Below are positions 53,455 through 64,000 of a DNA stretch of 64,000 nt, in pieces. The position numbers were made by a program, and so were the translations under genes. Position 1 is the stretch's first letter, and each line of letters starts with the position of its first letter. This DNA comes from Malacoraja senta (taxonomy: Eukaryota), in the NCBI GenBank assembly GCA_038087875.1, contig CM075987.1, positions 16,370,001 through 16,434,000 on the forward strand. Direction: 5' to 3'. The notes under the pieces are model-generated. The model ran no database searches, was not told where the DNA came from, and saw nothing but the letters and a program-made list of their open reading frames with translations.

Positions 53455-55334
53455 TAACTCAGCGGGACAGGCAGCATCTCTGGAAAAAAAGGATGAGAGA
53501 CTTTTCGGATCTTGACCCGAAACTTCACCCATTCCTTCTCTCCAGAGATGCTGCTTGTCCCGCTGAGTTACTCCAGCATTTTGTGTCTATCTATCGGGGT
53601 AAACCAGCATCTGCAGTTCCTTCCTACACGTATTGAAGTCAGGTTGCTGGCACAGTGAGGCAGCAGCTCATCTAGCTGCGACACTGTGCCACCAGCAAGT
53701 TGAATCTCCAGCTGATCTCCTTCCTCAGTGTTTGAGGATACTTTGCTACAGGTCTCAGCTTCCAATGCTGCTCGGCAGCTTGTATTGAATTTAAGGATAG
53801 TGCCTTCAGCCTCTGTCACGAGAATTAATGCAGATACACTTCAGACATCACTACTTGTTCAATCAAAACATGAAAAGGTCACAGCAGAAATAAAATGGCA
53901 GATTAAAAAGTGATGGATATGTAGCAAACTACACTGAGGGACCACACTGCCTGTCAAGCAGCTGTGCACCATGTTGGGTAATGATGAAACCATTGTCTTA
54001 GTTCTGACAGAATTAGTGCAATTCACTGCATTTTTTCCACCTCTTGCCCACCCTCCACCCATCAGGAACTCATGATCTTAAATTGCCTCTTGAGAATTCT
54101 CTGCCCATCTCCAGCAATCTTTCCTTACTTGGGCTACTATCTTATTTGAATCTGATTTTGGTCTGCCTATAAGGTCATAAGGGATAGGGTCAGAATTAGG
54201 CCATTCAGCCCATCAAGTCTACTTCGCCATTCAATCATGGCTGATCTATCTCTCCCTCCCAACCCCACTCTCCTGCCTTCGCCCCATAACCTTTGACATC
54301 CATACTTATCAACATACTAAAGAACTTAAGGATTTTCTGGAGACTTTTTCTTAAATAGATACACTGTGAATGGAATTTGTTAATTTCTCATGTTGGCAAA
54401 TGTACACGTCTCTCATCTCCCACCGCCTCCCCACTGATTTCTTGCTTCTGTACGATTCCCTCAGCTGTATGTGCTTCGTACAGGATACAGCCATGGTATG
54501 TCTCCTTTATGATCTTGTTTGCACACAGCAATGAAGCACAAACAAATCCCAGTGTCTCTGCTGACGTGAATTGAAAGATACAGCAGAGGAACAGGCCCTT
54601 TGGACCCTGCCAACCAGCGATCACCCCTCATATTAGTTTTATGTTACCTCACTTTCCCATCCATTCCTCACACACTCGGGACAATTTGCAAAAGCCATTA
54701 ACATACAAAGCCGCACGTCTTTGGAATGTGGGAGCAAACGTCCATTGTACAAGATCACACAGCTCGGGCCATCTCATAGGGAGCTGCTGACTGTCACTGA
54801 TCAATATGAAGTATTAATCAAATCAGTCAATATGGGCTTGGAGCAAGAGAGTGGTGCTGAGGTGAACCTCAGCAAAATATCATATTGAATCCGGGAAGCA
54901 AGACTGAGGGACCCAATCCCACTTTAAAAAAAATTACATCTCAAGAAAATGTCACGGGTGGGTGAGATCTCTTCTTCAACTGATTCCTCCTGGTCCAAAG
55001 AGCAGAACCAGTTTGCGTTACTGACAGCTGCCCTTACACCATACTAACGAGGGCAGAGATGCAAACAGCGTGTATTAGAATACAATTCCACTGTTGATTG
55101 CGTTCTGTTGGGACTATTGCAGACATGGCCAGTGGTCTGAACAGAGTCTAATATATTCATGTCAAACAAAAGCCTTCTTGTCCAGACTCAATTCATAATA
55201 AATTGCAAGTAAAAGTGGAGAATTATTTAACTACAAGAGAAAATGTTGCCTTAGCGATGTATATTGCCAGCAACATGGATGAACGAATATCTGTTCTTTA
55301 ATAACAGGAAGAACCATATGAAACAGGCATCGAC

Positions 55335-56200
55335 ACAGTCATACAGCACGGAAACTAGCCCATCATCCCAATTTGTCTGCGCTGACCAAGATGCCCCCAT
55401 TTGCCTGTATTTTGCCCAAACAAAAACATGTTGCTTTAAAATGGTTTATTAGGCCTGCCTGAACTACTTCATCTGGCAGGGCATTAATATAAACCTACCG
55501 TAGACAAAATTGCTGGAGAAACTCAGCGGGCCGAAACGTTGCCCATTTCCTTCGCTCCATAGATGCTGCCGCACCCGCTGAGTTTCTCCAGCAATTTTGT
55601 CTACCTTCGATTTTCCAGCATCTGCAGTTCCTTCTTGAACAATATAAACCTACCACTCTGAGTGAAAAGGATGCCCCTCATGCTCGCCTCTCACCTTAAA
55701 ATTATGTCTCCTGGTTCTCGATTGGAAAAAGACTGCATTCACCCCATTTCCCCTGGCCCCATAGCAGAAGCATCCACGTCGCGGGGCTGGAAACTGGAAG
55801 CTAATTCTGTTACCATCATCTACTGCGACAAGTGATGGCTTCCACTGATTGTCGCCGGAAGCTTGCGTCCTTTTCAGGATTGGCGATGACAGCGAGGCCA
55901 ACATTTGTAACAAGATGGACAGGAAAAGAAGAAGACCCCTCATGATTCTATACATGTCTATATGATCATTCCTCAGCCTCCTGTGCTCCAAAGAAAAAAG
56001 TCCTCGCCTGCCAATCTCTCCCTACAGTTCAGGCCATTGAGTCTTAGCAACATCTTCCTAAAACTGCTCTGCACTCTTTCCAGCTAAATAAACATCTTTC
56101 CAACAGCAAGGTGCCCAGTTTTTAATACTCAATTTCCTGACTGATGAAGCCCAGCGAGTCAAAAAGCTTCCTTCTCCACCGTGTCTACTTGTGATGCCAG
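55335..56200 (-). mobile_element. Degenerate CR1 3' fragment with nested insertions
   Basis: EHRRLRNDHIDMYRIMRG and RTRRHNFKVRG remnants; interrupted at 55500-55640. Confidence 0.7.
55500..55640 (+). mobile_element. Short Penelope-type element with an inverted 5' arm
   Basis: Flanked by the 14-bp direct repeat AATATAAACCTACC (55486-55499 and 55641-55654); contains an internal inverted repeat of about 30 bp. Confidence 0.75.
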
Positions 56201-58710
56201 ATATGAGAACGCCCGTTCATTCCAGGCCAAGACAGCATCTACATTTATTTAGAGCTTTTCAGAGACAGCAGTCAACTCAAACGTGCCATTGAAGTACTTT
56301 TCAAGAGTAGTCACTGTTGGGTCCACAAGCCACAGCAGCCAAACTCCCACAAACGGCAATGAGAGATCAGATCATCTGTTTCCAGTCATTTACACTATAA
56401 ATAAACCAGCCAGGCCACCAGCAAGAGGGTCTTCCTGCTCCAGTTCATGGTGCCAGGGGATTAGTTATTGCCTTAGTCCTCTCACTTGAAAGGCTGCACC
56501 TGCACCACTACAGAACAGCACCTTGCATTTCACTTAGCAGCTTACAACACAACAGTATGAACATTGAATTCTCCAATTTCAAATAATACCACACTCTTTC
56601 CCCTTCCCTCCCCCACCCTTGCACACACATTTCTCCCACCACCCCTGGTCTCACTATTCTTTTTCTCCTCCCTCTGTATGATCTTCTTCAATCCCCCTTG
56701 TTTACCCCCTATCTTTCCCCTCCCACCCTCATTCCTCCTTCATGCTTTACATTTCACTCCTCCTCATCTTTCCTTACCCAACATCATTTGCTCCTTTTCA
56801 CCTGTGAACTTTGTCACTTCCTCCATCCATCTGCATGGATAGCACGCAACATAAGCTCTTCACTGTACCTTGGTACACGTGACAATAAACTAAACTGAAC
56901 AATCACCCTGGCAATCACCCCCCCCTCACCTTTATCCACCTATCACTTGCTAGGCTTTCTCCCAACCTCACCTCTTTTCCACCTTCCTCCTCCCTACTCC
57001 AGTCTGATGAAAGGTCCCAACCCAAAACGTCACCCGTCCACTTTCCTCCACAGATGCTGCCTGACCCATGGAGTTCCTCCAGCACTTTGTGTTTTGCTGA
57101 AGATTCCGGCATCTGCAGTCTCTTGCGTCTCCCTCAGTACTTTCACTAGAGCACAAGTCACATTGTCGAGCTCCAATCTCTGGGGCAGAGCAATGTTATA
57201 TTGCAACACAGGGTCAGGAGTTCTGACCTTCCTTCATCCATTGTTGTGTGTAGAGCAACCACAAAGGACGATGGCAATAATGGAACCTATGCTCTATGGA
57301 TTGTGTCTTTGGTTGCACGACCAACTTTGTTTCTGCACTATTATGGATACCTGGTATTTCTATTACTAATTTATTATATCATTCATTATTTATTCGTCTG
57401 TATTTTATTGCATTAACAGGCTCGTTAGGCTACAGCAAGTGAGAATTGCATTGCCCCATTGTCAGTATGCAGGGTGATTAAACAATCTGGAATCAAATCC
57501 ATTTAACATGCTGGGGAGAAAAAAAATCCTAAAAGGAGTAACATTGACCTTTAAGGTCAGCTTTGCAAACAAGTTGTTAAAGTCATTGGTAGAGGAATGG
57601 GTCAGGTTTGGAGGGATATGGGCCAGACATGGGTAAATGGGATGAGCTGAGACGGGCATCTTGGTTGGCACAGGAGCGATTGGCTGAAGGGCCTGTTTCT
57701 ACCAGCCCAAACGCTCTTCTTTTCATATCGAGGTCAAATCAGCAGCATTTGACATCCCTCAATGTGAAACGGTGCGATTTCATAACACCCAGCCTCTGCT
57801 GTACTCCATGTTGCCGCTGTGACAGGTTGTGGGTTTTCATTCTAAACTCGAATGTGTTTGCAGTCTCGCCGGTGGCAGGCGATGCTCGAGTTTGTGATGT
57901 GAGGGCAATGGGAGGCCGGGGGGGGAGAAGAACCCTACAAATAAATCCCGCCAGTGATGGATGGCAAGTCCAGAGATCACTCTCAACCCACCCTTGCCTC
58001 CAAAAGGAAAATCAATTTCACCTGCGACCAGCTGAGATTTCACTGCACACAGGTGCCCTGAGATGTCAATAATAAAGAGGCGACCGCTGCAAAGATGAGG
58101 AATGTAGGTGCAGAAGCGGGGCTGCATCGCCTCTAAAGGTCACACATGCATCCTCCGCACAATAACACAGGCGCTGGTGGAGGCGCCGGCCAATGCAGAC
58201 AAACTGGGAGATTGGTGCATTGACAGATCCGCAGCGATCTACCCGGTACCGAGGCAATTCAAGCACCGACCCTGGTGGATAAAAACACCCCGACCACAAC
58301 CAGCTGTACAGAATTCAACCCTTTGGGCAGGAATCAGTTGGCGGCATCAATGCATTTGGCTACTCCAGGCATCCTGCTGAGGTTGTGATGGCGGAATTTA
58401 AAATGTATATATTTATAGCTCTCGGTGCAGAACTTGATTTTTTAAAATAATTTTACAATATTTTGCTGTATTGAATCCTGTTGAATTTGAACAAAACGGG
58501 CGTGAAGAGGGTTTTGGTTTCCTCGTTGCCCACCGCATTCTCATATTAAATGGGCAGAATTCGGATTCACAGCACACGTTTGCAACGATGGAACCGACCC
58601 ATTTGGGGTTTTTTCCCCCCCCTGCTGTTTCCGCTATTTAAGGAAACTATCGATTTTTTTTTTTTAAATCTGGCCACTAATTGCAAAATGCATGCAATAG
58701 ACTGACTTAC

Positions 58711-58871
58711 TTCCCGACGAAATTTTCCAGGACTGAGCTTTTGCCGGCGCTTTGCCCACCGACCACCCCAATCTGGGGCAGGTCCAGGTTGGCATTCTGT
58801 CCGATCTGAGCGAAAGCATCTTGCATCCGATTGATCAGAGGAATCAGCTCCTCCATCCCACGGTTTCCCAT
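58711..58871 (-). CDS. DNM1: Dynamin-1-like, coding exon 1 ([54 protein letters not shown]); contains G1/P-loop
   Basis: ATG at 58871, P-loop GGQSAGKS, donor AA|gtaagt at 58710. The 161-nt length matches the first coding exon of vertebrate dynamins, and [10 protein letters not shown] is DNM1-like. Confidence 0.95.
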
Positions 58872-59230
58872 CTTTAAATCGCTCTCCAACCCGGGCGATC
58901 TTTCCAAGCCAATCGATTCTAATCGATGCAATTACAACAGATGACACCAAAGCTTGGCCTGACTTTGCACGCACGCACACACATTGGGTGCGGGGACAGA
59001 CTGAATCCGGAGCCGCTCAGCTCTGCCCGCTCCTGCTCCCGTTTACACAGGGCGATTTAAAGCCAAATCCAACTGCGCTGACACGCTACGCCCGCCGGGA
59101 GCTGTAGTCCGGCTGGCCGCACGTCATGTTTTAGGCGGCTGTGGACGCACTACAGCCCCCAGCAAGCATCGCGCTCAACCCTGACGCTGTCAGCTGTCGA
59201 AATTGCCATCCACTTCATCACCGCCTGCTG
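58872..59230 (-). promoter_or_regulatory. CpG-rich 5'UTR/promoter of the dynamin gene
   Basis: Repeat-free, CpG-dense segment directly upstream of the ATG. Contains ACTACA-type ZNF143 motifs at 59097-59110 and 59149-59173, and a CRE-like TGACGTG at 59120-59126 (minus strand). Confidence 0.7.
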
Positions 59231-60119
59231 TTTGCTTTGGATCTGCTTTTGCTCCAGCGAGTGCTCCATATATACCATCTGCCTGCTCATTCTCATTGCG
59301 TTTTGGCTTTCTAGCTTTAAACTAGGGCTTCATTTAATAACAGGTCCATTTCCATCAGCGCTGGTGCATTGGAGCAGGAGTTGCAATGCAAACTGGAAGT
59401 TGTAGTCATTCATTTACTGATTCATTCCGCAAATAGCAGAAAGCGCCGGCTGTAACTGCTAATGAGGGCAATCATTGCGGGTTAAAATAGGCAGAGTAGT
59501 GATGATCATTTTGATGGAGTGGGGGGTGTTTGATCATCAATGATGTCCGTGTGATGAACTGACACAGTAAACAAGGACAGCGGAACATCTTTCCGCTATT
59601 ACATCAGCACAGCACTCGCAGCAAGGGATTAATCATCCGTTCAGCTATTGGTATTTTCCCCTGTCTTCGGGGTTTTGCTTTTAAAGCAAACAACATAAGA
59701 TTTGTGATTGATTGTGACACTGTATGGCACGTTGTGTATTTCATTATTACTGGGCCAGAGTGATAACATTTCCAATCTCACACACCACCTTTACCAGTGG
59801 AAGGAATAGATATTGTGATCAGATGGCCCCGAGAACACATATCTATTTATTTGCAATTTGTGGCAATTTTAGTGCAGATTTATACATTTTAATCTGTCAT
59901 TCCCCCCCAAAAAATGTTATCGCACAGAGAGTGGCAGCCAGTATAATAGAGATAACGATGATAAAGTGCCAAGCTAGGGGTCACAAATACATACTGCATT
60001 TAATCACCACTGTGCAATCTCGTCAGATCCACAGTAATGAATGAAGCCAGCAGACGGTCTGAAAGTCTCATTGAAGGGCAAGAAGAAGGGCAAGAACTGT
60101 GGCTTGCATTACGGGGGTT

Positions 60120-60705
60120 TAGGCACGCCGGCCTTCAACAGTCAGGGAATTGAGTCTATAAATTGGGATGTTCTGTTATAGCTGTACAAGAGGCCGCACT
60201 TGCAGTTTTGGTCACACTGCTCAAAGAAAGATTACGTTAAGGTGAGAACATTTACAATGATATTAAGGATTTAAGGGCCTGAACTATAGGGGGAAATTGG
60301 GCAGGCTAGGATTTTATTCCTTGGAGCGCAGGTGATCTTATTGAGGCGTACAAAATCATTAGGGGAATGCTTAGGGTCTTTTTTCCAAGCTAGAAAAATC
60401 AAGAACTAGAGGGCATAGTTTTAAGATTCGAGAGGAAAGATTTTAAAAGAACATTATGGTTATTTCACACAGAGGGAGGTGGATATATATATATATATAT
60501 GCAATGAACTGCCAAAGGAAGTGGTCGAGGCAGGTATTATAACAACATTTAAAATACTTTTGGATGGGTACATGGATAGGTACATCCTTTTGGAAAGGAT
60601 TTAGAGGAATATGGGCCAGACTTAGCAAATGGGGACACTGTGGCTTAGATGAGGCATCTTGGTCGGCATGCAGGAGTTTTACCGAAAGGATTGCTTCTGT
60701 ACTGC
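60120..60705 (+). mobile_element. Degenerate CR1 3' fragment
   Basis: Nucleotide similarity to the other CR1 3' ends in this window. Confidence 0.7.
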
Positions 60706-63090
60706 ATGTCTGAAAAAGGGTCCCGACCCAAAGCCTCACCCATCCTTTTTCTCCAGAGATGTTGCCTGATCCCGTTGAGTTACTCCAGCACTTTGTGTCT
60801 CTCTTTGATTATGAATTGTTTGGCATTATGTCTGGCTTTCTATTCATTAAAAGCATGTTCCATGTATTATCCCTGTAACCTGACTCCAGAAAACATCTGC
60901 CCATGTCGTTAGTGGCCGTTAGTTGATAAACGTTAAAGAGGGCCAGAGAGGGGCTCAAAAACATAAAGAATTAAATGCTAACCATCTACACGGAAAAATA
61001 TGTCTTGTAATTAAAACAAGTTCCAGATGAGAAAATAGAAAACTACAAAAAAATTAGTTCATTTTAAGTTTGCCATTTATTTTATATTTTTTCAAATATA
61101 AATTCCAAATTCCCGAGACAACTTTAGTGAAGTTCTTAGGACCAAGAAGGTGTGATTTTGCATCTCCTCCTCCACAAACCATTCACAGGATGATTTCAGT
61201 CTTTCCAACATTATATTAAATCCACTTTGGTGCTGTAATAAAGGGTGCACAAATACCAAGTAATATCTCCAGATGCACTCAGGACCTGGACTCAGTCACG
61301 TGCCAAGCACAGTGGAGAGACAAGGAACTGCAGAAGTTGGCATCTTGAACAGAGCACAAAGTGCTGGAGGAACTTAACAGGTCCTCCAGCATCCGTGGTG
61401 GAAATGGACATCTGGCATTTCTGGTGTGGAGCCTTGTCCATGCTCAGTAGAGTGCCATGCAATGTCCCTGCTGGGTGAGGGAGGGTCCAGGAAATGAAGC
61501 CAGCAGCCCTAAATGGGCTTAATTCTGAATAGCAGCTTAGTTCAGAAATCAGCTGAGGAGGAAAATGAGTTTGGCCGGAGGTAGAATTGTATTTCTTGGG
61601 CTTAATAACATCACGCCTAGCATCAACCTCCCTGAAATGGAGGTGGGGGGGCTTCTATCTCTTGGACCATGTCTGTGAAGAAAGTCAAAGACTGAGAGAC
61701 TCCAAATGGATCTTTGGTGTAATTCTGCCTGTTCACCCAGTGACCCTGCTTCCTCTTCTGAAAAAGGGTCCCAAACCAAAACATCATCAGTTTATTTCCC
61801 TCCACAGATGCAGCCACCCCTCCACTTCCATACGCCAAGGTCACCATGTCCTGTCTCCCGAGCTAATGCCTGAACTATAACACACTTTCCAAGGCCTCAG
61901 AAAGTGTATTTGCGAAAAACCCACAGCTGCCGATTTTCCAAGCCATCGATTTCATACCATGGGAAGTATACTGTCGGGTTACATCCCAATGTGATTTGGG
62001 AACAGCTCTGCCCAAGACGGCAAGAAATTGCAGAGAGTTGTCGATGTTGCTATCACACAGACCAGACTCCCCACCATTGACTCCATCCACATTTCATGCT
62101 GCCTCGGAAAAGTAGACATTATCAAGGACTTGTCCACCCTGGTCATTCCTTCTTCTTCCCGCATCCGTCGGGCAGAAGATACCGAAGCTCGAAAGGGCGC
62201 ATTACCAGCGTCTGGAACATCTTCTTCCCCTCTAAACTGTCCTAGCATAAACTAGTGTACTGTCTGATTCACCTCTATCCCATTACAGACATTAGACTTT
62301 GTCTATTGCATTGGTGCACCACAATGCTGAAAATTACACTCTACACATTGCATCTTCCCCTTTGCTCTACCTATTACATTTGAATTTTACTTGATTGTAT
62401 ATACGTACAGTATTATCTGATCTGATCGGATAGCATGCAAAACAATGCTTTTCACTATACTTCAGTACACATGACACTAATACATCTAAATCTAAACGTA
62501 TGGTGTGCTCGTGTCGATATTGATCGAAGCTCCAATCTTCTAGCTGGGTTATAGATTAAAGGGGAGCGTTGGATATTGACAGAAGCTACCTTAGCACAAT
62601 TGCGCCATTTAAGAAATACATTCCAACCATTATTCAACCACCACAGCTAACACAAATCTGAAGTGCAATTATGAAAGAACATAACATGAAGTGTTTTAGT
62701 CAGAAAGAAGTCGATTCGATTTGGCCAATGCATAAGTTACATGAACATTTGCTGTACTTAAGGGAACCTGTTTTAGTTTTTGCCATGTGCCTGCAGAGTG
62801 CAGTGGAATGTTCCTCTGGTGAGAATATGGAAAATAAACTAAAACCTGCAAAACACATTATGATCACACAGCTCAGAAATGTTCTGCTTTATATTCCATC
62901 CGAACTGTGAAATCTCCCACTCCTATACATTAAATAAATGCAGCAGTTTGTAGCAAGTCCAGTTGTAACATTTTAACAGACTCCTATAAACTACAAAAGC
63001 TTTGTGTGTGTGAAAATTAACTAAAATTATTCTCCTCCATTAAGTACCATCCCCCCAGGAGGCAATTCCTAATATTCCCCCAATACAAAG

Positions 63091-63415
63091 GGCGCAGCAG
63101 TAGAGTTGCTGCCTTACAGTGCTTGCAGCGCCGGATACCCGAGTTTGATCCCGACTATGGTCCCGTGCTGTCTGTATGGAGTTTGTACGTTCTCCCCGTG
63201 ACTGCGTGGGTTTTCTCCGAGATCTTCGGTTTCCTCCCGCACTCCAAAGATGTACAGGTTTGTAGGTTAATTGGCTTGGGTTTGTATACTTGGTGTATGC
63301 GTAAATTGTCCCGCGTGTGTGTGTAGGATAGCGTTAGGGTGATCGCTGGTCGGCACGGACTTGGTGGGCTGAAGGGCCTGTTTCCGTGCTGTATCTCTAA
63401 ACTGAACTAAACTAA
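63091..63415 (+). mobile_element. HE1-like V-SINE
   Basis: Same consensus. Older or partial copies also lie near 510-635, 9810-10090, 14630-14770, 20215-20610, 29575-29842, 41805-42085, 47335-47597 and 51710-51990. Confidence 0.85.
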
Positions 63416-64000
63416 GCTCTCAAATCCCTTTAGAGGGAAGCATCACATGACAGGATCAACAAGCCTGTAAAGACAGAAGGATCTGCAGATGCTGGAATCG
63501 TGCATCAAACTCAACGTGCTGAAGTAACTCAGCGCGTCAGACAGCATCTCTGGAGAACATGTTAGGCAACGTTTCGGGTCGGGTCCCTTCCTCGTTTTAG
63601 TTTATTGCCACGTGTACTGAGGTACAGTGAAAAGCTTTTTTGCTGCGTACTATCTAGTCAGCGGGAAAACTATACATAATTACAATCAAGCCGTCCACAG
63701 TGCACAGAAGAGGATAAATGGAATAATGTTTAGTGCATGATGATGTCCAGTAAAGTCCAATTAGAGTCTTCAATGAGGTAGATGTTAGCTCAGGACCGAT
63801 CTCTAGTTGGTGATAGGATGGTTCAGCTGCTAGATAACAGATGGGAAGAAATTGTCTCTGAATCTGGAGGTATGCATTTTCACACTTCTGTACCTCTTGC
63901 CTGATGGGAGAGGAGGGAAGAGGGAGTGACCAGGGTGAGGCTGGTCTTTGATTATGCTGGTGGCCTTGCTGAGGCAGCGAGAATTGTAGATGGTGTCAAT

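Noticed and set aside
58872..58931. N-terminal extension MHRLES... in the ORF track
   Set aside because: It starts at TTG, not ATG. The conserved dynamin start MGNRG is at 58871.
59560..59585. Possible REST/NRSE site (GGACAGCG half-site)
   Set aside because: The left half TCAGCACC is missing.

Overview
This is eukaryotic, repeat-rich genomic DNA, most likely from a cartilaginous fish such as a skate or ray, inferred from HE1-type V-SINEs, CR1/HER1-type LINEs and Penelope-derived short elements. The only gene I can support is the 5' half of a classical dynamin, most similar to dynamin-1 (DNM1), on the minus strand. Coding exons 1-9 run from the ATG at 58871 to 7298 (161/74/150/204/99/161/143/136/68 nt, 1196 nt in total). 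They encode the complete GTPase domain and the start of the middle domain. Exon 9 ends at a non-canonical GC donor, and exons 10a/10b were not found in the window. A CpG-rich promoter with two ZNF143-type motifs lies just upstream. The introns are packed with nested transposons. The most notable observations are: (i) many short Penelope-type elements carrying minimal hammerhead-ribozyme motifs, some with clean 12-15 bp target-site duplications; (ii) a family of CpG-rich PIF/Harbinger-type MITEs with demonstrable TTA/TAA duplications; (iii) three candidate unannotated exons in intron 1, including a 14-nt microexon; (iv) a 420-bp local duplication. There are two 200-N assembly gaps. Repeat boundaries are approximate and family names come from recall, not from database searches.
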